64,000 nucleotides of DNA from contig JAHCBC010000006.1 in assembly GCA_019634595.1 (NCBI GenBank), forward strand, positions 146,980 to 210,979, written 5' to 3'. This document shows, piece by piece, positions 30,441-39,431 of the stretch. Every line of letters begins with the position of its first letter. Position 1 is the first letter of the stretch. Below the pieces are notes generated by a model, which saw only the letters and a list, made by a program, of their open reading frames with translations, made no database searches and had not been told where the DNA came from. The translations under genes were made by a program, and so were the position numbers. The stretch is from Akkermansiaceae bacterium (GTDB lineage Bacteria > Verrucomicrobiota > Verrucomicrobiia > Verrucomicrobiales > Akkermansiaceae).

Positions 30441-31157
30441 TCAGGGACCGGCGGCCTGGGAGAGAATTACCTGCCAGATTTTGGAGGGGTCCGGGTGCTC
30501 CTCCCCGGGATCCAGGATGGCGGCCAGCCGCTGCCAGGTGCCGGAGAGCGGCTTTTCCGGGGAATCCAGCATCGTGAGGCTGAAAATGACCAGACACTCC
30601 CCTTCACCCCGCAGGACGATGGCGTCCCCGTCAGCTTCCACGTCCGACTCGAACGGAATCACACGGACATAAGCTTTCGCGGGAGCATGGTCGGCGGAAG
30701 CCCACAGCAGTTCGTTGCGCCCGGAAGGGGTGGTTTTTCCGTCGCGGGTGGAGGTCAGGGTGGTCCTGAAGGCGATGGCTCCCGGCTGGTCCGCCACGAT
30801 ATGGACAAAAAATGCCTCCGGAGTGGCCAGAATGGTGCGGGTGATGCCGGTCTTCCCCAGGCGGTGGGTGGAGGTGATGATCCGCCGTTTCTTCGTCACC
30901 GCCACCTCGAATCCCTCGGGAGCGGGCGTTTGGTTCAGCCAGTCGATCCTCAGGGTGGCGAGTGGCGCGGTTTCGGCGAAGGCCTCCTCCTCCCTTCCTT
31001 CCGGCGGCAGGCCGGGTGCTGGCAAGGGATAGCCGCTCAGGGCGGTGGCGGCAGGAGCATCCTCCACCCGGGCGGCTTTCGTCCCTTGCGCCAACAGCAG
31101 CGGCGCTGCGGTGGCGGGGTGGAGCAGGGAGAGGAAAATGAACAGGAACCGGAGCAT
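30441..31157 (-). CDS. Secreted protein resembling the GH95 N-terminal beta-sandwich only
   Basis: Signal peptide; PLATLRIDW...ITRTILATPEAFFVHIVADQPGAIAF; too short for a catalytic barrel. Confidence 0.5.
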   Translation of the reverse strand: MLRFLFIFLSLLHPATAAPLLLAQGTKAARVEDAPAATALSGYPLPAPGLPPEGREEEAFAETAPLATLRIDWLNQTPAPEGFEVAVTKKRRIITSTHRLGKTGITRTILATPEAFFVHIVADQPGAIAFRTTLTSTRDGKTTPSGRNELLWASADHAPAKAYVRVIPFESDVEADGDAIVLRGEGECLVIFSLTMLDSPEKPLSGTWQRLAAILDPGEEHPDPSKIWQVILSQAAGP

Positions 31158-31198
31158 GCGGGCTTGATCGTCCAGGGAAGTGTTGGATTCTCCCATGA

Positions 31199-31819
31199 AT
31201 GACCGGATTCTTCAACCTCATGCTGATCACCCTTGGTTGTGCGGCCACCGCGACGGCGCAGACCAAGCCTCTCGCTGAAAAGGAAAAGTGGAGCTACGGC
31301 GACCCGGCCGCCTGGGAATGGACGGGCGCGGGGGATGATGCGGTGCTTTCCCTGAAGAAGCAGTCGGAGTTCAAGCCGAAGGTCCGCAGCCCCTTCAATC
31401 TCGCATGGTTCAGCGGTGGACAGTGGGATTCGTTCACCCTCACCGCGGAAGTGAGGCTGGACCTTTTCAACAAGGGCAACAACGACGTCTGCATCGCTTT
31501 TTCCAAACAGAGCGACACGAAGTTCTACTACGCCCACCTCGGGGAAAAGGCGGATGCGGTGCATCTCCAGCTCCACCTGGTCAATGACGCGGACCGCAAG
31601 GCGATCACCACGCAAGGTGCGGAGACCCTCCCATGGAAGCCGGAAGCCTGGCATCAGGTGAAGGTGGTGAGAAACGCCGCGGACGGCACCATCAAGGTCT
31701 GGTTCGATGGCCGGGAGGTCTTGGCCGCCACCGACAAGACGCTCGGCAAAGGGGCCATCGGCCTCGGTTCATTCGATGACCTCGGGTCGTTCCGCAACGT
31801 CCGCATCGTGGGAGAGTAA
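31199..31819 (+). CDS. Secreted ConA-like / DUF1080-related protein
   Basis: Signal peptide; FTLTAEV, WHQVKVVR, IKVWFDG, GAIGLGSFDD beta-sandwich pattern. Confidence 0.65.
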   Translation: MTGFFNLMLITLGCAATATAQTKPLAEKEKWSYGDPAAWEWTGAGDDAVLSLKKQSEFKPKVRSPFNLAWFSGGQWDSFTLTAEVRLDLFNKGNNDVCIAFSKQSDTKFYYAHLGEKADAVHLQLHLVNDADRKAITTQGAETLPWKPEAWHQVKVVRNAADGTIKVWFDGREVLAATDKTLGKGAIGLGSFDDLGSFRNVRIVGE

Positions 31820-32010
31820 GGAGGGAAGACACTCTTGTCTTCCGACGGCATTGGCAAACAAAGGAGGAGAAGTTTTCAGGGAAGGAAAACGGATAGTTGA
31901 AGGGTTTTCTCTACGAGCCTGCCCGCTTTCATTTTCCATCTCTACTTTGCGGCTTTGCGGTGATTCTCCGATCTTTCCAATGCCGCCGGAGGACAGGAGT
32001 GTCCCCCCTC
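31820..32010. repeat. REPIN family B, copy 1 (GGAG-REPs)
   Basis: GGAGGGAAGACACTCTTGTCTTCC at 31820-31843 with GACGGCATTGG extension; inverted partner CCAATGCCGCC-GGAGGACAGGAGTGTCCCCCCTC ending 32010. Confidence 0.8.
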
Positions 32011-32543
32011 GGCAGCACCGCCACCTGCACCACTTTCGTCCCGGCGATGTAGTCATGGAAACACCGCCTCGGGCGGGCGAAGATGATGATGATGCCCGCC
32101 AGATAGATATACGGCCCGGCGGTGGGTATGGTTTCCAGCAGCAGCGGGACGAGCGTGCGGAGCAGAAGGAGCGCTTCCATCCGGGGCTTCTTTCCCTCCA
32201 TGGTGACGATTTTGATGCCCAGTAGCTTTTTGCCAATGGTCTGCCCGTTTTTCGCCAGAAGATAACCTTGGACTCCGGCGAAGATGAAGAACGCCACCAT
32301 GGTTTCGATGAACCCGCTCCAGAAGTCGGACTCCGCCATTTGCCAGAACCAATCCCCGGGGATGCCAAGCAGGTAATTCCCCGCAACCATTCCCACCGCG
32401 AACAGCAAGGCGCTGATGATGATGGCGTCGATGATGGCCGCCCCCAAGCGGTCCCCCAGCGGAGCCAGTTCCTGAGCGGGCACCTCCTCCTCAGGCAGTG
32501 ACGGGTCACTGGCAGGAGGTTGGTAGGGGTTTCCGGTAATCAT
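31929..32543 (-). CDS. RDD family membrane protein
   Basis: MITGNPYQPP; LAPLGDRLGAAIIDA; GQTIGKKLLGIKIV; RRCFHDYIAGTKVV; 3' end runs into the REPIN. Confidence 0.9.
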   Translation of the reverse strand: MITGNPYQPPASDPSLPEEEVPAQELAPLGDRLGAAIIDAIIISALLFAVGMVAGNYLLGIPGDWFWQMAESDFWSGFIETMVAFFIFAGVQGYLLAKNGQTIGKKLLGIKIVTMEGKKPRMEALLLLRTLVPLLLETIPTAGPYIYLAGIIIIFARPRRCFHDYIAGTKVVQVAVLPRGDTPVLRRHWKDRRITAKPQSRDGK

Positions 32544-32628
32544 CGCGGGAGGTGCATGATCATGCACAACCCGGACAGGGGATGACAAATGGGGAATGAA
32601 GGCGGAAGGCCTGCGGGATGTGGAAAGT

Positions 32629-33582
32629 TCACCGCCGCCGGCGATGCAGGAAACCGAAGGCACCCAGGGAGGCGAGCAGTGCTGAGGACGGTTCCGGAAT
32701 GAGGGGGACCACCGCTTCCAGGGTGGAACCGTAGCGCAGTTCGTCGAAGGCACCGCTGTTGCCGGAGGTGACCACCTGGAAAAAATCATCTGCATCCGCC
32801 CCCAGGGTAGGGGTGCCGGTGGTGGCATTGCGGGAAACCCGGACGGAGATCTGGTCCGCTTCCGTGCCCACCGGGGTGTCATTCAGGTAGCCCTCCCAGT
32901 TGGATGACGCCGTCATGGCCGCGAACTGGGAGAGGGTGAGGGCATAGAGGGTGCCGGTGCCATTGGAGGTGGCGAGGTTGCCCCCGATGTTCGTGAACGA
33001 GGAAATCACGATGTAGGTGGTGTCGGTGATGAGGCCGGTCGAGGCGTTCAGGGTCGGGCTGCCGTAGGCGCTGCCATAGGCGATGCCGGCATTGAGGGAA
33101 CTGCCGCTCCGTGAATCCGCGAAGGAGTTGAGCCTCGATCCGGTGTCGTCGTTGATGTTGTCGCTGATCCTGGTCACGAAGCCATGGGAGGCGCTTGTCC
33201 CCTTGGCGGAGAAGTTGATCAGGAAACTGCTGTAGAGCGTTCCGGTGAATGAAGAGGTGAGTGAGGACCGCGCGGAAAGGACGCTGGTGGTCGTGCCGAA
33301 CCGCATCGATCCACCGGAGGTGGCCAGGTTGCCGAAGGTGAGGCCGCTTTCCGAATAAGTGAGGTTCGCGTGTCCTGATCCGCCGAAGTTCGTCGAGGTG
33401 TCGAGGCCGGTGGTGTTGGCGTTGGGTGTCGTGCCGGCGGCGAAGCCCGAACCTGCGGTGTAGCCGTTGAAACCTTCATGGATCAAAAGCGCGGCATGCA
33501 CCTGGCAACCGGTGGAGAGGAGCGCCGCGAAGATGATCCGGCGGAAGGTGGAGACAAGGGGGCTGGGTTTCGGAGCGACCAC
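32629..33582 (-). CDS. PEP-CTERM surface protein
   Basis: Signal peptide, Ser/Thr/Gly-rich body, IPEPSSALLASLGAFGFLHRRRR terminus. Confidence 0.92.
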   Translation of the reverse strand: MVAPKPSPLVSTFRRIIFAALLSTGCQVHAALLIHEGFNGYTAGSGFAAGTTPNANTTGLDTSTNFGGSGHANLTYSESGLTFGNLATSGGSMRFGTTTSVLSARSSLTSSFTGTLYSSFLINFSAKGTSASHGFVTRISDNINDDTGSRLNSFADSRSGSSLNAGIAYGSAYGSPTLNASTGLITDTTYIVISSFTNIGGNLATSNGTGTLYALTLSQFAAMTASSNWEGYLNDTPVGTEADQISVRVSRNATTGTPTLGADADDFFQVVTSGNSGAFDELRYGSTLEAVVPLIPEPSSALLASLGAFGFLHRRRR

Positions 33583-33640
33583 GGCGGATAGGTTTTTGGG
33601 TTATAGCGGTTTATGCCGTGATGCTGGATGGGCGCAATGG

Positions 33641-33686
33641 AATGTGGATATGGGATATAGCAATGTGGATATGTCATTCATCCACA
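33641..33686. promoter_or_regulatory. Operator-like repeats upstream of the PEP-CTERM gene
   Basis: AATGTGGATATG at 33641 and 33662 (21-bp period) plus inverted TCATCCACA at 33678-33686. Confidence 0.5.
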
Positions 33687-33772
33687 GGGTATTCAATCGG
33701 CCATCATGAAGGAGGGGCGGGTCCGCCCGGGCGGACGCCGGGAACCGCCGGGAGCCAGGGAGGAAATGATCC

Positions 33773-35029
33773 TCAGCGGCCGGCTTCCAACCAGGCGGAC
33801 AGCGACTTTCCGAGTGCTTTCCCGTAGTCCTGAAGCCCTTGGTGGGTGATGAAATCCCCCTCTCCGGAGCGGCGTCCGTCTTTCCAGTTGCCCACCTCCA
33901 TGATCAGGGTGAGGGCGTGCGGCTCGTGAGCGGTCCAGTTCCCGATGGCATAGTTCCGGGCGAGCGTGGGCTTTGTCGGTACGGGAATGATGGCGTCCGC
34001 CGCCCAGTGGTTGGCAGCCTTCATGCCAGCGGTCACCTGACCGTAGAGCGCTGCGAATTTCCTCGCGTTGGCCTTCATCGGTTCCGGTTCCGGTTCATAC
34101 CAGTGGTTCACGTCCCCGAAGAAAGGGCTATGGATGTCGATGAAGGCCAGAAGCCCCCGGCCGCGGGTCCTGGTTGTCTCATCCAGGAATGAGATCGTCG
34201 AACGGACCGCATTCCAGTGAGGGGTTCCGGTCCATGTGCGGTTGAAATCGACCGGCTTCTGGTCCTTGCCCGCAGCCCCTTCAAAGACCGAATCCACGTC
34301 CATGATGGGGACGATGTGAACGATGCATTGTCGGCGCAGTTCCGCGGCGCCGTCACCCAGCATCCACCATGCGAAGGCATCCGCAACATGACTGGAGTGG
34401 CTCTCGAAAGCATGCTGGCGTGCCTGCACCCAGACCGTCTTCTTCCCCTCGTCCGGAGTACCCGCGTCCGTGATGCGCAGCATCTTCACCGGCCTGCCTG
34501 CCTCGCTGGTGCAGAGTTCGCCCACGGTGACGTGCTCCCGCCCTTTCATGTTCTCCGCAAGGGCCAGGCTGTCGCTGTAGGTGTAGGGGATGTTCCGGGC
34601 GATCCAGACCGACTCATTCTGGAAAACCTGCCTGAACGGGGAGCTCACCTGGCCGAAGCGGTGCCAGGTTTTTCTGTCATAGGAATAAACCGGGTGGGAT
34701 GAGCCTCCGACGGCGTCCTGGTTTTCCACCACGATCTCGATCTCCCTGCCTTTCTCCACCCCGGTCAGATGGACATGCCACCAGATGTTCCTGCTTTCAC
34801 GGATACGGTGGGGCGAGAAAACGATCTGCCCGCGCAGGGTGTCGATCTGTCCGGGCAGGCCGTTGCCGTTCTCGAAATCACTGGTCATTGCCAGCTCCCC
34901 TGACAGCGGCAGGGCGGCCATCAGGGAGGAGAAGATCAGGCAGAGTGCTCCGCGTGGGCTGGTGGGCGGTTTCAACATTGACGACGGGACATGGGTTGAA
35001 CGTCGGAAAAGCGGAGTATGATGGTTCAT
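33773..35029 (-). CDS. M14 family zinc carboxypeptidase/deacylase (start uncertain)
   Basis: ARQHAFES (HxxE), DFNRTW, FIDIHS; RNIPYTY...GELCTSEAGRPV N-terminal module. Confidence 0.8.
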   Translation of the reverse strand: MNHHTPLFRRSTHVPSSMLKPPTSPRGALCLIFSSLMAALPLSGELAMTSDFENGNGLPGQIDTLRGQIVFSPHRIRESRNIWWHVHLTGVEKGREIEIVVENQDAVGGSSHPVYSYDRKTWHRFGQVSSPFRQVFQNESVWIARNIPYTYSDSLALAENMKGREHVTVGELCTSEAGRPVKMLRITDAGTPDEGKKTVWVQARQHAFESHSSHVADAFAWWMLGDGAAELRRQCIVHIVPIMDVDSVFEGAAGKDQKPVDFNRTWTGTPHWNAVRSTISFLDETTRTRGRGLLAFIDIHSPFFGDVNHWYEPEPEPMKANARKFAALYGQVTAGMKAANHWAADAIIPVPTKPTLARNYAIGNWTAHEPHALTLIMEVGNWKDGRRSGEGDFITHQGLQDYGKALGKSLSAWLEAGR

Positions 35030-35195
35030 CGTGCGCAGTCCATGGGGGTGATGTCACACTTTCGGGGGATAAGCTGGAGGACTGACCTCCTTGCGGTGGT
35101 CCGCGCCATCCATCGGTTGCTTTTCGAGGATGGCGGGTTGCGGCGGTTCAATCTCGGCTTGCCGTTGCGGGCATTAGGGGTTCCCTTGTCCGGAG

Positions 35196-37100
35196 ATGAA
35201 TTTCCGTTGGCTGAATGCGATCCTTTGGGGGAATTCCGTGGCTCTGTCATGGATGTGGGGGCTGGGGCTGTTTTTCAGCGTCCAGATGACCTTCATGTTC
35301 GGCCTCCAGGGTCTGCTGACCTTCGCCATCCCGAATGCGGTGGGTCTGGCCCTGTTCGGCGTGCTTACCCAGATCGTGGCGAAGCGGCACGGCGGTGGCC
35401 AGGAGTCGCTGGCGGACTTCTTCGACAAGTTTTCCCGGCCGTTCCGGCTGGCGTTCTATCTCTACCAGATCATCGCCCTGTCCCTGACGGTCTTCGCGCT
35501 GGCGAGCTACCTGTTCGTCCCGCTGAATCTGGCCCCCGGGCCGCTGGTGGGCATGTTCCTCTGTCTGGTGGTCTTCGTGGTGCTGGCGGCGGGCTGTCTT
35601 TTCGGGGAGGAGTTCGGCATCCAGAAGATCAAGTACGGCCACGCCATGGCGGGTTTCGGCCTGCTCATCTGCATCGGCATCCTGCTTTTCGGGACGGGGG
35701 CCGCCACGTCCGGTTCCATCCAGTGGAAATCCCCCTACACCCTGCAGTGGGGCGGTCCCAGCCTGCTTGGCTACACCATCCCGCTGCTGGTCGGCCTGTT
35801 GGTCGGGCCGTGGCTGGACCTCCAGCATTGGCAGCGTGCCATCCAGATCCACCGTGAGAAGACCTCCGTCAGCGGCAGCTACATCATCGGCGGCCTGATC
35901 TTTTTCCTGCTCCTCCTTTTCCACGGCTTCATGGCCATGTGGGTGATGGGCAAGGGCGCGGAGGCGGTGGCCATGATGAAGGCCGTGGATGGCTTCAACT
36001 ACGCCCATGACCTGGTCACCCGGTACATGAGTTCCCGTTTCACCGACGGCAGTGTGATCCCGGTGGCCTATTTCTCCTTCCTGATCATCTGTGCGGTCAC
36101 CACCCTGGATAGTGGCTACGTGGCCCTGAAGTGGTTCCTCGGCAGGAATGTCGAAAGAAGCCAGAACGTGCTCCTTTCCATGGTGCCGAAGCAGTTCATC
36201 GCTTCCCCCATCCCCAGCTTCCTGCTCGTCGCCTTCATCACCCTCGCCGGCATCCTGGCGAACTGGCTCTATGGCAAGGCGGACCTGGTGAAGCTGGAAT
36301 ACTTCATGGTGTTCTACGCCTCGTTCTTCGTCGGCTACGCCTCGCTGGCCATCGCCCGTTGCTTCGTGCCGAACTCGCAGCAACCGCTGCCGCAAATCCG
36401 CATGTTCTCCATGGCCAGCATGTCCATGGTCATCTTTGCCTTCGGTTACTTCAAGGCGGAGACCTCCCTGCTCATCCTCGGCTCCGTCCTGCCGCTGGCC
36501 TACGTCATCTGGCTGGTTGTGAACACCGACCTGCTGCGCGTCGTCACGGAAAAGGCGGGTGAGGTGATGGAAAAAGCCTCCACCTCCGATGTCGCGGCGA
36601 TCAAGGCCATCGCGAAAACCGTCGCCCCGGCCGCTCCGGTGGCCGCATCCGCCGTGGTCCAGCCCGCGGATGCCCACGCGCTGGGCGGCCACTTCGAGGG
36701 CAACTGGTTCGTCTATTCCATGATCGCCACCTACGCGGACACCAACTCCGTGGGGAACGTCTATTTCGGCATGTATGGCATGTATGTGGGCAAGACCCGC
36801 GAGCTTTTCTTCGCGAAGGCGATGCCGGACTTCGATCTGAAGACCACCAAGTTCTACATCCTGACCCGCTCGTTCGAGCATAAGTTCGTCCGTGAGGCGC
36901 GGGAGTTCGACACCATCACCGTGAAAATCCGCGTGGCGGACTTCAACCGGAAGTTCTGCACGCTGGAACACCAGATCTTCGGCTCCGAAAACCAGCTTCT
37001 CGGCAAGGGCCAGCAGAGCCTGCTGTTCGTCTCATCGAAGGACTACAGCCTCCTCGACATCCCGCCGGAGATGCACAAGGCGTTCCTGCCATATCTGTAA
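35196..37100 (+). CDS. SSS/DUR3-like multi-TM permease fused to a C-terminal hot-dog thioesterase
   Basis: LSWMWGLGLF...AIPNAVGL and TTLDSGY motifs with about 13 hydrophobic segments; Ala-rich linker; ADTNSVGNVYF...KTRELFF thioesterase from about 36690. Confidence 0.8.
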   Translation: MNFRWLNAILWGNSVALSWMWGLGLFFSVQMTFMFGLQGLLTFAIPNAVGLALFGVLTQIVAKRHGGGQESLADFFDKFSRPFRLAFYLYQIIALSLTVFALASYLFVPLNLAPGPLVGMFLCLVVFVVLAAGCLFGEEFGIQKIKYGHAMAGFGLLICIGILLFGTGAATSGSIQWKSPYTLQWGGPSLLGYTIPLLVGLLVGPWLDLQHWQRAIQIHREKTSVSGSYIIGGLIFFLLLLFHGFMAMWVMGKGAEAVAMMKAVDGFNYAHDLVTRYMSSRFTDGSVIPVAYFSFLIICAVTTLDSGYVALKWFLGRNVERSQNVLLSMVPKQFIASPIPSFLLVAFITLAGILANWLYGKADLVKLEYFMVFYASFFVGYASLAIARCFVPNSQQPLPQIRMFSMASMSMVIFAFGYFKAETSLLILGSVLPLAYVIWLVVNTDLLRVVTEKAGEVMEKASTSDVAAIKAIAKTVAPAAPVAASAVVQPADAHALGGHFEGNWFVYSMIATYADTNSVGNVYFGMYGMYVGKTRELFFAKAMPDFDLKTTKFYILTRSFEHKFVREAREFDTITVKIRVADFNRKFCTLEHQIFGSENQLLGKGQQSLLFVSSKDYSLLDIPPEMHKAFLPYL

Positions 37101-37104
37101 AGAC

Positions 37105-37243
37105 AGGGACGCCATTCCATGGCGTCAAGCGGGGTGGATCAACCCCGCTCCAAATGTGACAGTCCCCTGAAAGCGTCCGGTGGTTGCGGAATCGGAAGGA
37201 TATGGCGGATCTTCCCAGCCGGACGCCATGGAATGGCGTCCCT
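37105..37243. repeat. REPIN-like doublet, family C
   Basis: AGGGACGCCATTCCATGGCGTC (37105-37126) and its perfect reverse complement (37222-37243); extra hairpin 37128-37149. Confidence 0.8.
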
Positions 37244-37257
37244 TCCCTGATTTCTTC

Positions 37258-38496
37258 TTACGCCACGCTCACCGCCTCACGGCCGATCCCCCGCAACTCG
37301 AACACCTTGAAGATCGTCTCCTCGATCAGGTTGTTCGGGCAGGAGGCTCCGGCGGTGATGCCGATGATGGCGGGCGTGTCCCCCGCGAGAATCCGTGAGT
37401 AGCTGGTCGTCTCCTCGTGCTTGTGGAGGTCGAAGTGGACGATCTCTTCCAGCGACTTGATGCAGGAGGCATCCCGGATGAAGAAGGTCGGCAGTTCCTT
37501 TTCGCCGATCTCGACGAGGTGTTGGGTGTTCGAGCTGTTGTAGCCGCCCACGACCAGGAGCATGTCCATCTTCACCCGCAGCATCTCGAACAGGGCGTCC
37601 TGCCGCTCCTGGGTGGCTCCGCAGATGGTGTCGAATACCTGGAAGTTCGCGCCATTGTGGTCGCGCTCGATCACGGCGGCCAGCAGGCGCGTCTGGATCT
37701 CCTGCGTCTCGCTTTTCAGCATCGTCGTCTGGTTCGCCACGCCGATGCGCCGGAGGTGGAGGTCCGGATCGAACCCATCGGAGACGGAGTTCCTGAAACG
37801 CGCCATGAACTCCTCCCGGTTGCCGTGGCCCTTGATGTAGTCGCCGACGTAGTCGGTGTCCGCCAGCGTCAGCACCACCAGGTAGTGGCCCGTGCCGTCC
37901 TCGCCCAGCGCGCGGGACGCGGTGGCGCGGGTTTCCTCATGGTTCGACTTTCCATGGATGATGGAGGTCACGCCGTCCTTCGCGTAGCCGCGGACGCGCC
38001 GCCAGACCTTCATCACATCGCCGCAGGTGGTATCCACCACGTAGCAGCCACATTCCTCCACCTTTTTCATGAAGTGGGTGGGCGCGCCGAAGGCGGGGAC
38101 GATGACCACGTCATCCTCCGTGAGGTCGTCGTAGTCTTCCGTGAGATCCTGCCATGGCAGGGAGACGATGTCCATTTCCCGGAGCTGCCGGTTCACCTCC
38201 GGATTGTGGATGATCTCCCCGATGAGGAAGATGCGGTTCTCCGGGAAAACGCGCCGTGAGGCATAGGCCAGGTCGATCGCCCGCTCCACCCCGTAGCAGA
38301 AGCCGAATTGCTGGGCGAGCAGCACCGTCGTGTTGCCGATGGTGATCTTTCCTCCGCGGTCCTTCAGCTTCTCCACGATGGAGGAGTGGAAATGCACCGC
38401 CACCTCCGCGGCCACGCGCTCCATCACATCCGGGCGGCGGACGTTCACGCGCGGGCGTTTCGATTTCTGGGCGGGATCTGCGGCGGCGTCGCTCAT
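37258..38496 (-). CDS. ispH: 4-hydroxy-3-methylbut-2-enyl diphosphate reductase
   Basis: FGFCYGVERA, EIIHNP, AFG, VDTTC, QTT, DTICGATQERQ, VGGYNSSNT, TAGASCP. Confidence 0.96.
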   Translation of the reverse strand: MSDAAADPAQKSKRPRVNVRRPDVMERVAAEVAVHFHSSIVEKLKDRGGKITIGNTTVLLAQQFGFCYGVERAIDLAYASRRVFPENRIFLIGEIIHNPEVNRQLREMDIVSLPWQDLTEDYDDLTEDDVVIVPAFGAPTHFMKKVEECGCYVVDTTCGDVMKVWRRVRGYAKDGVTSIIHGKSNHEETRATASRALGEDGTGHYLVVLTLADTDYVGDYIKGHGNREEFMARFRNSVSDGFDPDLHLRRIGVANQTTMLKSETQEIQTRLLAAVIERDHNGANFQVFDTICGATQERQDALFEMLRVKMDMLLVVGGYNSSNTQHLVEIGEKELPTFFIRDASCIKSLEEIVHFDLHKHEETTSYSRILAGDTPAIIGITAGASCPNNLIEETIFKVFELRGIGREAVSVA

Positions 38497-38534
38497 CTGC
38501 CCCACCTATAAACCGGGATGGCAGACCGACCAAA

Positions 38535-39233
38535 TCATTTTCCCCGCCGCACCGTGCCCGCGAATGGCAGCGCCAGCAGGAGATAAAGCACCAGCGCGAG
38601 GCCCGCCATTGCCAGCAAATACCACGGGTGCGGCCCGAGGTGGTCGATCAGACTCGGATTCGGCGGCGGCCCTGCGGCGAAGCCGAAGTTCGTCCCCAGG
38701 ATTTTGTTCACCGTCATCGCGAAGGCGAGGTAGCCCAGCGACCATAGGAAAACCTCCACCGGGCTGCGCCACAGTGGCGTTTTCGGCCTCCAGCCTTCCA
38801 CGATGGGCAGGTAGAAGGCCGTGCCCACGATGACGAAGTGGTGGACGAAAAACATGATGAACGGCCAATGCGGAAAGCCCACGGTGATGGCCGGTGTCAG
38901 AAGACCCTGCATGGTGGCGGCCAGTCCCCAGAAATACGTCAGGGTCGCCAGCAGATGGTTCCTCGTCAGCAGCGCGAAGCCCCCGGTGACCGCCGCGATG
39001 TCGCAGAGGTGGAAGGGGATCAGGTTGTCCAGACTCTTGTCCGCGCTCAGTGACAGCCACGCCGCCTGCCCCAGCGGGTAGGCCGCCAGATTGGTGAATG
39101 CCAGCACCCAGGTGGCGAACAACCGCCGCCGCCCGCCCATCTTCCCGAGCAGGATCAGGATGGCGATGACCACCGCACCAACGAGCACCGCGTAGAAGTG
39201 TTCCGGCGTGAAGGGTTGGAAAGCACGTGGCAT
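38535..39233 (-). CDS. YwaF / TIGR02206 family membrane protein
   Basis: IPFHLCD, YFWGLAATMQGLLTP, FFVHH, NFGF, LGPHPWY. Confidence 0.85.
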   Translation of the reverse strand: MPRAFQPFTPEHFYAVLVGAVVIAILILLGKMGGRRRLFATWVLAFTNLAAYPLGQAAWLSLSADKSLDNLIPFHLCDIAAVTGGFALLTRNHLLATLTYFWGLAATMQGLLTPAITVGFPHWPFIMFFVHHFVIVGTAFYLPIVEGWRPKTPLWRSPVEVFLWSLGYLAFAMTVNKILGTNFGFAAGPPPNPSLIDHLGPHPWYLLAMAGLALVLYLLLALPFAGTVRRGK

Positions 39234-39241
39234 GAGAGTAA

Positions 39242-39428
39242 GGAGGGTGGACACTCCTGTCCACCGGCTGCAACAGAAACACAGAGAATATCACCTTTAA
39301 AGATCAGACGCAGGTTATAGTAGCAGGAAATCGAGTCAAACCCGCCGATCCGCCTTTTTCCCAGGCTTCACAACGCTTTGAGGAACTGGTTTCCCAATGC
39401 CGCCGGAGGACAGGAGTGTCCTCCCTCC
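39242..39428. repeat. REPIN family B, copy 2
   Basis: GGAGGGTGGACACTCCTGTCCACC (39242-39265) and inverted GGAGGACAGGAGTGTCCTCCCTCC (39405-39428), both preceded by TAA. Confidence 0.85.
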
Positions 39429-39431
39429 TTA

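Noticed and set aside
33600-33700. Replication origin suggested by DnaA-like boxes
   Set aside because: Only three imperfect boxes, no clear unwinding element, and no dnaA/dnaN-type context.
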